The translations under genes and the position numbers were made by a program. From Pyxidicoccus caerfyrddinensis (GTDB taxonomy: Bacteria > Myxococcota > Myxococcia > Myxococcales > Myxococcaceae): a stretch of DNA of 64,000 nt. Below, in pieces: positions 9,101-20,200 of this stretch (positions are counted from its first letter, which is position 1; each line of letters opens with the position of its first letter). The stretch is from the NCBI RefSeq assembly GCF_010894405.1, contig NZ_JAAIYA010000026.1, positions 111,494 through 175,493 of the forward strand. Reading direction: 5' to 3'. The notes below the pieces were generated by a model. That model saw only the letters and a program-made list of their open reading frames with translations. It was not told where the DNA came from and did not search any database.

Positions 9101-11182
9101 CACCACCGGGAGCTCGAAGGGCGCGAGCTGTCGGCTGGCGCTGGGGTGGTTGGCGGGAGTGCGGCTCTGGGTGAGCGGCAGCGCCTGAATCCAGGGCAGG
9201 GCGGGGTGGCGCTTCCAGACGAGCGGCAGGTGGCTCGCGAACAGGGACGGGGGCAGCAGGTTCCGGTCCGCCATCGCGCGCAGCACCTCCGCGTCCGCGC
9301 CGTAGTCGAAGGACCAGGTCTTCAGCTGCGCGCTGGGGTGGGCGACCCGCCCCGGCCGGCGCTGGAGCTGCAGCGTGCCGAGCCCCGCCGTCACCACCGC
9401 GGGGAAGGCATCCTCCGGGGACACGCTTCGCAGCGTCACCGGGCGCAGGCCGCCAGCCCAGTCCTCCAGGTCCGGCAGGGCGTCCTCCGTGCGCGGCGCT
9501 TCGCTGCCCAGCCACACGAGGCCGCTCACGCGCACCTCGGGCTCATGCAGCACCAACTGCACCGAAGCCAGCGCGAGCGGCGCATTGGCGTTGGCGCGCT
9601 GCAGGCGCCACGTGCCGGTGAGCCCACCGAGGTCGGTGAGCGTCAGGCTCCACGACTGCTCGCCGCGCTCCAGCGCGCCGTCCTCCGGCTTGTCGTTGCC
9701 GTAGGAGACGGCGCCCTGGAGCCGCGGCTCGGGCAGCGTGTCCGTGCTGGGGAAGCGGGCGAGGCCGGCGTCCAGGTACATCTGCTCGGTGAGGTTGGGC
9801 ACCGGCAGCTGGGCCCAGCCGTCCTCCAGGCGCATGAAGGCCCAGAGCAGCGCGGGCTCCACGGGCTTGGCGGGCGTGGTGGCCGTGCCGGCAGTCCACT
9901 CGGGCGTGGGCAGCCGCTGCAGGCCGCGCACCAGCCTTGGCGTGTCCACCGGGCTGAAGGCGGCCCGCACGCCGGTGACGGTGAAGCCCTCCGTCCACTC
10001 CGGCTGGGCGCGGGTTGCCTGGTACTTCGCGCTGGCACCGCCCTCGGGGCCGCTGCGGAGCGTCACCTCCACGGTGCCATCCATGTGGCGGCCCACCGTC
10101 ACGTCCTCGGGGACGGTGCGCGCCAGCGAGGTGGGGGGCGTGCGCGGGTCGTACGGCGAGGCGTCGCTCAGCAGCAGCGCCAGCTCCTCACGGCCGAAGT
10201 GCAACTGGTGCCAGGTGGGCTGCTCCTGCCACGCCGGAATCTCCCAGGTCATCCGCGGCACCGTGCGCGGATTGACCACCTCCAGCGTCACCCAGCCGGG
10301 ACCCTGGGAGGCGGGGCCCTCCAGCTGCGGATTGCCAGGGTTGAGCGCGCTGGCGAGGCGCCCCCAGGACGCCGTCAGCGCGGTGCGCTCGACCGCGGTG
10401 AGCCGCTCCTCCTCGAGGGACAGCAGGTAACGCTGGAGGGTCGTCGTCCGCGAGCCCTCCGGCAGCACCGGCGCCAGGAGGAAGGGCGCGGCGAAGCGGT
10501 CCTTGCCCTGCGGCTCCCACGGCAGCGCGATGCGGCCGAACACCGACAGGCCGCTGGCATGCACGGAGAGCGCGGAGGTGAGGCACGCCGGGCCCGTGGC
10601 ATTGCGCGGCTCCAGTGGGGCCACGTCCAGCGTGAGCGCCCGGAACAGGCGGTCGCGCGCATTGTTCTGGGCGCACAGTTTGTCGAGGGGAATCTCCCCC
10701 GCGAGGCACGTCAGCTCCAGGTCCGACTGCCCCGACGCGGCGGGCGGGGTGCCCGCCCGGCCCGGGGCGCTGGCGGACCGGCCCGGGCCTCCCATGAGGA
10801 TGTCCAGCAGGCCGCGGCGCGAGTGCTCGTCCCAGTCCGTGGGGCGGGCCTGCACGAGCAGCAGCGCCAGGAAACCCTTCGTCACCTTGTCGTGCAGCTC
10901 CTCGGCCGTGGCGGGCAGGGACGGCGTGTTGCCGCCGCCGTCGTGCTCCCAGCGGTACTTCACGTCGCTCGGCGCCACCTCCACGGAGCGGACGTGGCAC
11001 AGCACCACCACCGTGGTGGGCGCGAGCAGCTGCTCGTTGTCCACCTCGCGCCCGTTCAGGTCGAGGAAGAGCTGGCGGAACGCGTAGGACTTCTTCGGGT
11101 CCTCGGCGCGCACCAGCTCCGCCTCGGCGCGCCAGAACGGGCCGCGGAGGACCACCTTCTTCAAGTCAATCGATGAAGACAT
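3179..11182 (-). CDS. Giant protein (2667 aa), unknown family; third gene of the giant operon
   Basis: Uninterrupted 8-kb ORF with native G/C third-position bias. AGGAG lies 8 nt upstream of the ATG, and the start is only 21 nt after the stop of the upstream 3472-aa gene. No signal peptide, TM segment, Walker A, HExxH or RHS/YD motif seen by eye. Confidence 0.85.
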   Translation of the reverse strand: MSSSIDLKKVVLRGPFWRAEAELVRAEDPKKSYAFRQLFLDLNGREVDNEQLLAPTTVVVLCHVRSVEVAPSDVKYRWEHDGGGNTPSLPATAEELHDKVTKGFLALLLVQARPTDWDEHSRRGLLDILMGGPGRSASAPGRAGTPPAASGQSDLELTCLAGEIPLDKLCAQNNARDRLFRALTLDVAPLEPRNATGPACLTSALSVHASGLSVFGRIALPWEPQGKDRFAAPFLLAPVLPEGSRTTTLQRYLLSLEEERLTAVERTALTASWGRLASALNPGNPQLEGPASQGPGWVTLEVVNPRTVPRMTWEIPAWQEQPTWHQLHFGREELALLLSDASPYDPRTPPTSLARTVPEDVTVGRHMDGTVEVTLRSGPEGGASAKYQATRAQPEWTEGFTVTGVRAAFSPVDTPRLVRGLQRLPTPEWTAGTATTPAKPVEPALLWAFMRLEDGWAQLPVPNLTEQMYLDAGLARFPSTDTLPEPRLQGAVSYGNDKPEDGALERGEQSWSLTLTDLGGLTGTWRLQRANANAPLALASVQLVLHEPEVRVSGLVWLGSEAPRTEDALPDLEDWAGGLRPVTLRSVSPEDAFPAVVTAGLGTLQLQRRPGRVAHPSAQLKTWSFDYGADAEVLRAMADRNLLPPSLFASHLPLVWKRHPALPWIQALPLTQSRTPANHPSASRQLAPFELPVVEMNGLTLPSGWRFGVTGTNGAAAWPRARGPQVPACEWKGRPDLPLVSLSLPGLVLKPGANASGLPLDAGTTLPVQLRLDLPYTDEPQALARLKPPTRRPDEVTPTADDSPPEPPRPLVRETLADHWSRLSELAVLASADAVDAFSSSGGAVRVQGLVEPHTWTVSPTLALGTYPGSLVVANAAGAPAASVELKGEAALEGFTGRFESADGGIRLAAGTPSADAYTLVAGSMAAHAKAGEGLRDQRGLWRKATRLVGTQLRTAVRLEGGAAVELVSTLEAVTLGLGKDPITGGALTWGLWFRDLPAAAGEFRRDSTRSAAAQDVNDPEAGSREHNVLNGYEWRLAPPTDVDAFTLFGLGFYPLTLERVRLDAAGVTRLELVGRVQLPLSGGGELVDLGNALRLTFERPPSGGGLALTAAALEASPGAPAECEWPLELANGELGDAPRLTVRSAALTPEKDGLRVDGVQLAFLLFGATWNVPLPALTFTGKASPLSVRMVPAELDAAEPLSPKEVAVELDPRGLEYRVSLLVDVRLGRALQEMPPGPRTRPVRWVPVVPGATAPGAVRPTATPVARSAFRAGVRFGVVGTSQDAAAVTFPGRGRAIWESGFLLDDLELERPPPEVALETGPGALQLTWSRYRAPMPSPGSSGLQLLPGMSLVGQDAPGFVALSFDVLLPATGVVDVPTLRLRTSFVEALLSCRWGTFLQAEPLPAQPTLAQVAGSSAGDLVFGYTGQSRDSTWTETLLLNGYLEVKDLLSYPASLQYDASKVTLTVPAAAGAVPLAHVRHTARILFNQHALPRDAFEVSAGDLLFRLSDGRSWQFLAVVEHQLVDVAPGEGFTTPRLSNDRRWTALQEVRIASPAGLKAFLQRFKDSDLHAVSPTDDVDPVGEVLAGYLGQEVRTMLAGGSAPELAALPAGTLLVEATALHWVKGEPVKATAATTLQFLPSGTQQALLSNPQDYGPTDPADPRWLLLVVPFLGRLQDRTRDGLEAPSGPASQLQVDPVLNLERRRKQPAALPPLALALSGWADRKAAAVTFTSLDTARARSWSRLDPLSLEESWFRVQHPLPEPRFDTLQSVLAARPETPARLSRATALQYAFDPVRNAYPPGQPKASGGVDPLPGQARLQWRPDALLALQAVLTQRGSSTPLPSGWLLTALQLVSGGWLRPSTATGTRRFPAATALAPRADAVRAPMSLAVSPYLGLGFRPAAPREDDIPELVVVELLCLDRTRRALLPAASHVKEGGEGLDAVRASAIAWAREMHRRLTPESPLAVLRFREVYRTVASGEDEAVLTTAYSFSLVPGLERTGGLSRRVLKLRSPPARLRFRDGHFGGQELPQEVRPLELAPPQVTGVQPIHRAHRPASGPQQQSPRDWPWGLSALRTTVHYTHEQEGATGTLGPRDGVPDKPFSLWWQALQHQVQFRSATSAAGPTAGLPPLFRARAIKGLLPVLPQLPLPLMSPRVLLNVDEPDRMKRWQPVLPGTVRFHLTGSRPGVMLAMRHQLLRQAGLDPTRDEAHRGQGMVSGSIPVQHRVPRPVPLRENDARHPGAALRTWASHFEPGHSVLATASPADEAFIASFGDGPVHRLRLVLEAPLHGAIPASWDGTLTLSADVNAGASLADWTLALEIPLDGKVFAYGPAEPAEGGRLGFKLAGTGGRSAEEVRADFSQRLAPGRVLAVHARVGRVTGAEGFIQTLTFPLRVVDPGVLPLPLEPVFLHFEDPEYNRHLASTTRRATQLVKTLDGTQKALHAVTLATDRGEYNPDSRMALRFDWDDGTTGLPALLSLLRVGPGGVTRPLSVREDGVDTPALTVAPERLREVSLLDLRDGTEPAVLGPGEALMLKLTLKALPEASSRVTENKDIFLTVGITAEPVTPVPEAAYALLRRQQPVEGDPQVECARFAWGPAPARVELVCPEDLRTEVVRRRAVFHWRDTVRTGTLRGYDIQKLTQSGATHIPGVTELPKPPPQNS

Positions 11183-11203
11183 GGACGTGGCTCCTGGCTC
11201 GAA

Positions 11204-14200
11204 TCAGAGCGGGCGGGAATCCAGCGGGTGGATGGGGCTGGGACGAGCGCTGCCCCGCCGGGCGCGGATGCCCAGCTTGCGGTCGTCCATGCCGCGCGAG
11301 TGGGACTGCTTGTGGAGCCGCTCCACCGCGGCCTTCTCGGCGCCGCGGGGGAACAGCGCGCGCAGCCGCAGCGCCTCGTCGCGCGTCATCAGCCCGTGGT
11401 AGCGCAGCACGGCCCCGCCGATGACGAGGCGCGCGGACAGCGGGTGCGCCGCATCCAGGGTGGGACGCAGCGGCGCGGTGAAGGGCACCTGGAGCACGCG
11501 GGCATCGAGGTCGGCGACGAGGGCCTGGAGCGCGGCGACGAAGGGCGCGTCACCGTCCAGCGCCAGCAACTGCTCGCGCTGTGTAATGTCGTCCAGCGGG
11601 CCCCTCCAGTGCACGGCCGTGGGCTCCACGGTGAGCCGCGCGGAAAGCGCGTCGGGGAGGTCGCCCTGGCGGGGCCGGCGCTTCACCGGCGCCAGGTCCA
11701 CCTCCTGGTCCACGTCCACCAGCTGGAGCAGCAGCCGCACCGTGCCCTGCCACTGCGCGTCCCCGGGCATGGCGAGCAGCGCCGCGCGCTGGGCATCGGT
11801 GGGCGCCGGGGCCGTCCACGTCACCGTCCCCGTCGCGAAGCGCAGCTGGGCGCGCACGAACTCGGGCAGCGTGTCCTCCGCGGGGCGCTCGCCCAAGTGC
11901 GGCACCGTCCGGTCCGTGTCGATGGCCGCGAGCAGGCGCGTGCGGGCGCCGAGGAACGCGGCGTCCCCGGCCAGCGCGGCCAGGGCCTCGCGCTCGGCGT
12001 CCGTGGGCGCGGGGCCCTTCCACCGCAGCTTCGCGTCGGTGATTCCGAGCCGGCCTCGCAGGACGGCTGGCAGCTCCCCGGCGAGGGGCCGGGCGGCGGG
12101 CAGCGGCCGGGTGGCCACGGCGGCGTCGAAGGCCTCCTTCAGCCGGGCGAAGGCATCGGCCAGGGCCGTCACCCGCACCCAGCGGTCGATTTCGAGCTGG
12201 TGCTCGGCCCACAGGTGCCCCTTCCACACCAGCGTGGTGTACGCGGTGCCGGCGGCGTCCGTGCGCAGCTCCACCTTCTGCGCGAGCGCCGGTGGCAGCT
12301 GCTCCGGCCCCCGCGGCGCCACGACGGTGGTGACGGTGTCTGCGCCCGCGCCAGCCGCGGTGGCGATGAGCGTCTCCACCGTGCGGCGGAGTTCCTCGTC
12401 GCCGGGCAGGGCGCGCAGCGCCTGGGCCTGTGCCGCGTCCAGGGGGCCCGTCCACACCAGCGGCAGGTCCTCGGGCTTCTCGAAGTCCACCACGTCAGCG
12501 AGCGACGCGGGCACGTCCATCGCCGAGGCCACGGGCACGCGGGCGTACCAACCGTCATGCACCCGGCCCACCGCCTGGCGGTCCAGCGCGTCCAGCACGG
12601 CGAGGTTCTGCCGGTCCTCGTGCGTGAGGACTCCCACGAAGGACAGCCGCCGCGCGTTGAAGGCCAGCTTGGAGCGGGTGGGCTCGGGGATGGAGGCCTG
12701 CTGCGGCGCCGTGTACGGGCGCGACAGCTCCAGCTCCGTCACCTGCTGCACGGTGACGGCCAGCAGGAAGCGGTCCTCCTCCGTGCCGAGGGGGACCTCG
12801 GGCAGCGACAGCGCGGCGATGTCCGCGAGGAAGTGCCCGCCGAGCTGCCGCTTCGCGAAGGCGCCTGCCGCCGCGTCGAAGTAGAGCTCCGCCTGCACCT
12901 CCACGTTGCCCTGGTGCTCCTCCACCACCTGGTAGACGACATCCAGGTCCGGCAGCCACGAGGGGCCGCGCCCGCCGGGCCGGGGCCGCTCGCTGCCCCA
13001 GCGCTGCTGAGCGCGCTCCGGCAGCGACTCCCACAGCCGCCGCAGCGGAATGCCCAGGCCCCGCGCGCGCACCGTCAGCCCGGACGCCGGAGTCGTGCCG
13101 CCGAAGGGCGGGGTCGGCACCCAGCCGGTGCGTGTCATGCCCTCCACCCAGGCCACGGGCTTCTCCGGCGCGCGGTACTCGAAGTCGCGCTGCCGCACCT
13201 CGTTGAGCGGGGACACGGTGCTGTGCGTCTGCGCCATCAGGAGGAGCCGGTGCTTGTAGTAGAAGGGCAGCCCCTCCCACTGGATGACCTGCGCGCCCTG
13301 CTGGAAGGCGCCCACCCGCAGCGGCAGGTCCAGTCCCCGCGCGTCCTCCACGCTCAGCCGCCCGGACAGGTCCAGGTGCTCCGGCTGCTCGGGGAGCGTG
13401 CCGGGGATTTCCGGCACGCGGTCCTCCACCGGCGTCAGCACCAGCGGCCCTGACAGGCCCGCGGCGCCCTCCAACGCGGACACCCAGCCTGGGAAGGCGA
13501 AGCCGCGCAGCAGTGTGAAGGCCACCTGCCGGAAGCCGAGCTGCCGCGCCAGCGTCTGGTTGCGCTCCATCAGCGCCTGCTCCGGGTGCTGGGCCACCAC
13601 CACCTCCCACGTGCTGCCGGGCTCGGAGGGCACCACGGGTGGAAGCGGTTCATCGGGAGCGGACGGCTCGAGCGGCGCGTCCGCGTCCAGGCGGGTGGAG
13701 CTGAGCACCAGCGGCATGTCCACGGCGCGGGTGCGGTCCATCACCACGTCGAGCCCGCCCGCGAGCGGGTCGGGCCGGGCGGGCTCCACGGCCGGGGCGT
13801 CCGGGTACAGGAGCGGCGACTGGCGCAGCCCCTGCCACAGCAGGTCGTAGCGCGCGAAGGGGCGCACGTAGAACCGGTAGTTGTGCGCCCACGCGTCCTC
13901 GAGGAGGTGGTCGTACGTCAGCCGGCCGCTCTCGTCCGGGCTGGAGTACGCAGGTGAGCTGGCGCGCGGGTACGCCGTGGCCACCCACGGCCCTTCGGGA
14001 GCCACGAGGGGGCCGTCCTGGGTGAAGTCGATGCGGCCGGTGGCGTCGAAGAAGCGCTGCGACCAGGTCAGCACGTCCGGCAGCACGTCCTCCAGCGCGC
14101 TGCCCGAGGCGGGGATGCGAATCTTCTGCTCCGCGGGCATGCCCGGGTCGGTGCTGGAGAGCGACTCCGCGTACCGCCGGAAGCGCCGCCACTGCACGGC

Positions 14201-17200
14201 CTCCGGGCGCAACTTCTCGTCGGACGTGTCTTCGTCATGGGCGAGGAGCGCGGCCAGCGGCTCGACGTCGGCGGGGAAGTAGGTGGTGCGCTCGTCGGTG
14301 ACCTGGAAGAGCGGCTCCAGGCGCATCCCCAGGAGGGCGGTGAGCGCGGCGGGCTCCTGGGCGAGCGTCGTGCGCAGCAGCGCGCGCGCGTCGGCGGACA
14401 GCGTGTGCGGCGACTGCGCCAGCACCAGCTCGGCGGCCGGCGTCTCACGGTACGTCACGTAGGCCGGCAGCGGCTCCTGGGTGAGCAGGGCCTGCGCCTC
14501 CGGGGACAGGGGCCTGCCCAGGGCCACGCCCGCGCCGGGCAGGTCCGCGAGCGACAGCGCCTCCGCCGCGCTGCGCGTCCTCAGCAGCACCTGCGTCTTC
14601 CCATTCAGCGGCAGCACGAAGGTGCGCTTCGACACCGTCCCGGTGGTGGCGCCCGGCTCGGGCTCCAGCTCCGCCTGTCCGGCGGCGGGGTTCGTCTGCT
14701 CCACCACGCTGCACGTGGTGGCCGGCTTCAGGTGGAGGACGACGTCCAGCGGGGCCCCGGCGGGGCCTTCCAGGTGGATGGCCGAGTACAGCGCGCGCTG
14801 TCGCACCACCGGCCGCAGGCTGAGCTGCACCAGCGCGAGCAGGTCCTCCGCGACGACGGCGCCCTCCCGCAGCGCGACGGCACGTCCCGGCTGGAAGAGC
14901 AGCTCGACATGGAGGTGCCGGGCCGCTTCGTCCGGGAGGACGCCCTGCTGTGCCAGCACGTCACGCACGGCGTCCAGCAGGGCCTGGCCCTTCAGCACCT
15001 CGCCCGTCCGCGGCTCGCGCAGGCTGAAGGCCATGCTCAGCCCCAGGCGCTGGAGCACGCCCCAGCCGTACGGGTCCGCCTGAGCCGCCGTGGCGCGCAG
15101 CAGGTCCGCGAAGCTGCCCGGCTGGGTGGGCGGGCTGATCTGCAGGTCCACGGTGAAGGCCGGCAGTTGCGAGTCCCCGGCCGGGCGCTGGAGGCGCTGG
15201 ACGATGCCCGCGAGCACCGGGTGCAGCGCGCTGGTGCGCGACGGCGCGGGCGAGTCCGTCAGGCCTGGCCAGTGCGGCCACTCGAGGAGGGACTCGCGCC
15301 AGGACGGACCGGGCGTGAGCGAAAGCTGCGAGCCCGCCGCGCGCGCGGCCGGCGTGCGGCGCCGCTGCAGGGTGCTGGGGTACCAGGCCTCCCACGCGCT
15401 GGTGGCCAGCGTGTCACCGGGGACGAGTTGCATGTCCCCGGCCGGCAGCATCTGCACTTCCTGCAGGCCGCGCAGCGCGCGGGACAGCCGGTCCGCGTCG
15501 CCGAACGTCTCAGTGGTGTGCGCGTCGGTGTCCAGCTCCAGCAGGTGGTAGCCGGCATGCAGGTCCAGCGGGTGGTCCGGCGCGCCGCTGGGGCCCTGGT
15601 TCCACCGGAACCGGATGCACCGCACGCCCGCCGGGTGCTTCTGGTGGAGCACCCCGGTGAGCTGGCCATTGAAGCGGAAGGCCTCCGGGTGGCCCACGGT
15701 GCCCACCGGCATGGGGAAGTGCGCGTCCTCCACGGTGGCGCGTACGTCCTCGGGCGGCAGCACCGGCAGCACCACCGGCGAGGGCAGCCACTCCAGCTCG
15801 GCGGGGCGGCGCTCCTCGCGGCGGCGGTTGTCCGTGTCGTCCGCGGGGGCGTCCGCGCGCACCACGCGCAGCAGCAGCTGCACGGGTGCGAGCGCGGAGG
15901 GCACGCCGTTGCCCGACTCCGTCTGCATGAACAGCCGCCAGGCCTCGGGGCGCCAGGCATCATTCTCGGCGGGGAGCACGCGCAGCTCGCGCAGCTTCGT
16001 GAGCGGCACCTCGGCGACGCGCTTCTCGCGGGGGCCGGTGGGCACCACGGTGACGCGCACGTCGGTGGGCAGTGGCCGCGCGTTGCTGGTGGGCAGGGAG
16101 CGGGCGCCGGCGCGCTGGGTGGCGCTGTCCAGCCCGTAGCTGCCGATGGGCAGCGACGTCTCGCGCCGGAAGACGAGCACGTATGTCTTCACCGGCACCT
16201 GCGGCTGGCCGGGCGCTGCGGATGGTTCGGACCACTCCAAGAAGACGCGGTCCGGCGTCACCACCCTCGGCGTCCCCACGTCGCGCCGGGCGAGGATGGC
16301 GAGGTCCACCTTGTAGCGGACGACGCACTCGGCGTTCACCGGCACGAGCGGCGGCTCGCTGGGGTAGCGCGTGGCCACCACCGTCAAGGGGCGGCCCGCG
16401 TTGCCGGCGAAGTCGTAGGGCGTAATCGTGTAGAGGTAGCTGCGGCCGCTGAGGGGCAGCGCGGCCAGGTCCTCCGCCGTGTCCTCGTGGAAGTGGTCCA
16501 CGAGCTGGAAGCGCGGCTGCAGGCGCTTGAGGGCGCCGCCCTCGCGGTGCAGCGTCTGCGCGCCCTTCAGCGTGTAGACGGCTTCCGGGGTGTTGCTTTC
16601 CAGCCCGCGGCGGCGGACGTGGTAGTGGACCAGGTGGTGCTCGGGCGAGGCCTGGGCCGGCGTCAGCCCCGCGCGCGGGGGCTGCTCCCAGACCAGCTCC
16701 CACGCCAGGGCGATGGTGCGCGCGTCGGTGAGCTGCTGCACCCGCCGGAACTGGGGCGGATTGCGCGTGAAGTTCGTGTCGCGCACGTTGAAGGTGCGCA
16801 CCGACACCTCGGACCCGGAGCAGGTGGTGTCCTCCACGCGGATGCGCTGGCGGAGCCTGGGCTCGGGCTCACCCCTCTCGGGCACGCCATCCAGCCACGC
16901 GGGCAGGCCACCGCTCACGCGGAACACCAGGCCCATGTGCAGCGCGACGGAGCGCTCACGCTGCTCCGGCGTCAGGCCGCTGCCGTCCGGCGACGCGGCC
17001 AGCGCGCGCAGGTCCGCGACGATGTCATGCACCACCATGCCGCGCAGCTGGTGCGCCTGCTGCTCCTCCAGCATCTTGCGCAGGCCCGGCGCATCGTCCG
17101 GGACCTTGCCGTCGTCGGAGTACACGGTGGTCCTGTCCTGGTACGCCTGTCCAAGCAGTCGGTCGTACTCCACCCGCGTGTCGTCGCGCTTGAAGAAGGG

Positions 17201-20200
17201 CGAGCCCCGGAACTGCTCCACCGCGCCGCGCACCGCGGCCTCGAAGGCGTTGTCGGTGGGGTTGTGGACGCGGTCGTCCGCCACCACGTCCTCTGACCGC
17301 GTCGGGGGCAGGCGAGCCGGATCTCTCAATCGAATGGTGGCACCCAGCGCGTCCACCTCGGTGACGAAGGCATGGCGCAGGTAGCGCGCCAGCGTGAAGG
17401 TCTCGTCCCCCACCTCGGGCACGCCCGTCTCCGAGTACCTTTCCCCCTTTTTCTCCAACTCCGTCTCCCAGTGGGCGCGCCACGCCACGTCCTGGGAGGG
17501 CTGACCGGGGGTGGGCGCGTGGGGCTTCCACATGCCCGTGAGCGGGTCGAGCTGCTCCAGCGTGTACGTGTCCTTCGCGGCCCGGGGCACGGTGAGGACG
17601 AAGTCGTTGTAGCCGGGCTGAGCCCACGCACCCTCCGCGGGCGGCACGGGCAGGAAGCCGGGCTCCTCCTCCACCTCCCCGCTCGGGGTGGGCCGCTCGC
17701 CCTGTGGCATCAGTACGAAGTAGTGGGTGCCCTTCGGGTCCTCGGAGCGGATGGCGAACACCGTGTAGCCCGGGGCCTCGAACGTGCCTTCCGCCAGCGT
17801 CCGGCGCTGGAGGGCCGGGGGTGCTTCTTCCGTACGAAGGGTGTCGGCGCGCAGGGCGGCGGGCGCGGGACGGCCGCTCCGGAGGGCGGCGCCCTCGACG
17901 CCGGGGATGCCCTCGACGTCGGTGGCTTCCAGTCCGTAGTCGAGCACGTGCTTCGTGCGCTCCAGGGCCTCGGCCACCTTGCCCTCCCTCATACCGATGT
18001 GCGCGCTGAGGTGGAAGCTGCGGCCCATCACCGACAGCGACAGGGTGCCGGTGCCGCGCAGGCCGATGCCGTTGGGGGACAGGCCGACCATGCCCACCTC
18101 CAGCCCGGCGGTGAAGTCGATGCCGAAGCTGAAGCGGAACGACTTCTTTATCTTGATGAAGCCCAGCTTCAGCTTGATCCAGAACTCGATGGCGAACCGG
18201 ATGTGCGCCTCGATGCCGATGCCGCCGTAGAGCGCGGAGCTGCCCACCGGGTCCTTCAGGCTGAGCAGGCCGATGTAGCGGGCGCCGTATGCGAGGCTGG
18301 CCTGGGCGCTGACGCGCACACCGACGATGCCCAGGTTCACCTGGGCGCTGAAGTCCAGCTTCGCGCGGGCGAGGAAGCTGGTGCCGGTGACGAGCTCCTC
18401 GCGCGACAGCCGCCAGATGAAGCCGCCGCGCAGCTCCGCCTCCAGCGGGCCCAGCTTCTGGCTCCAGCGCAGCATGTTGGGCCAGCCCAGCTCGTAGTGC
18501 AGCAGTCCCGGCTCCACCAGCAGGGTGGCGGAGAACTGGCAGCTGGTGAGGGCCTTCTCCACGAACTCCGGCAGCTGCGGGTGGGGCCCGAGCTGGCCGT
18601 TGGGGTTGGAGGCCACGTGCGCCAGCAGCCGCTTCTGCCGCGGTGACAGCAGCACGAAGCCGGAGACGAAGGGGCGCTCGCGCAGGCCTTTGTAGTTGCT
18701 GACGTAGTCGTAGTAGTTCGCGTTCAGCCAGCCGCGCACCGCCATGAAGAACGTCAGGTCGCTGCGGAAGGCGATGACGGCGTCCAGCAGGAAGAGGCAG
18801 GAGATGAGCTTCTCGGCATTCTCATCCCACTGCAGCGGCGACGCGGACGCGGACGTCTGGGAAATCATCGCGCGCAGCACGATGGTCCACCGCGGGTCCT
18901 GTCCGGGGTCCTCCAGGTCCAGCGCCCACCGGTCCCGCTTGGAGAGGTCACCCTGCGTGCGCGACAACTTCTTGAGCTCCTTCAGCAGCTCGCGCACATC
19001 GTTGGCCTGGTCCGCGGCCTTGATGCTGGCCAGGGTGTAGCGGTACCCGAAGCCCAGGCCCACCTCGCGCACGTACAGCTGCACGACGGGAATCATCAGG
19101 CTGATCTGCCGGGCCTCCAGGTAGATGAACCAGGCGCGCAGCCAGGGCGAGGACTCGTCGCGGCGCACGCGCAGGAAGGAGAAGGCGGCGGCGAAGGTGG
19201 GCAGGCCCTGAATCTGGAGCGTGCCCTCGCCGGAGAAGCCCTTCTCCGTGGTGCTGTCCACGAAGTCCACCACGCCGTTGAGGCGGAAGGCGGCGCCGAA
19301 GTTGAGGTTGACCGGCAGGTTGCCGAAGTGGAGGCGCGGCAGGAAGTGGCCCTCCTCCGGCAGGCCGATGTAGAGCCGGTGGTAGTCCACGCGGGTGTCC
19401 GGCGTGTCGCCCGCGCCCTGCGCGAACTTGAGCTGGCCGGTGAGCAGCATGGCCCCGTCGCCGCCGAAGACGTCGGCCTGTGGGATGAAGCCGATGCCGC
19501 GCAGCTCCAGCTCGAAGCAGCCCAGGAAGCTGAAGGACAGCGGCTTGGGCAGCTCGATGAGGAAGCGCACGTGCTTGGAAATGACGCGCGCGTCGCCGGT
19601 GAGCGGGCACTCCACCAGGTCGATGCGCAGCTTCGGCAGCAGCGCCAGCGCACCCTCCGCGTCGTCGCTCTCCGCGAGGCGGAATTGCGCGCTGCCGGTG
19701 AGCACGAAGTACAGGTGGAAGCGCCCATCGTTGACGAAGCGCAGGCCGATGGCGTCCACCTGGAACTCGAAGCGGGTGCTCTGGCAGTGCAGCAGCTTGG
19801 AGCCCCGCAGGCGCGCGCCGCCGGACACCAGCGTCAGCGCTCCGTCGCGCTGCGCCAGCTGCAGCGAGATGTCCGCCATGGCGTCGCCCACCAGCGCGGG
19901 CGGCATCGGTCCGGAGCCGTTGAGGGTGAAGTCCTGGACCCGGTTCTCCACGATGACGAGCCGGCTGTCATTGAAGCGGAAGCGTGTGTCCAGGCCGTTG
20001 AGCTTCGCGGGCCGGTCGGTCACCGTCGCGGTGACGTTGAGCCCCTTGGGGGTGAGCGCGAAGTCGGTGATGGCGAAGACGATGGGCTCGTCGCTGACGT
20101 GGAGGTACTTCACCTCGAAGGACGCGCCGGGAGCCTGCTGGAGCTGGTAGTTGTACTTGTCCGTGGCCAGCGTGAAGAGGTGGTAGCGCGTCTTGCCGTT

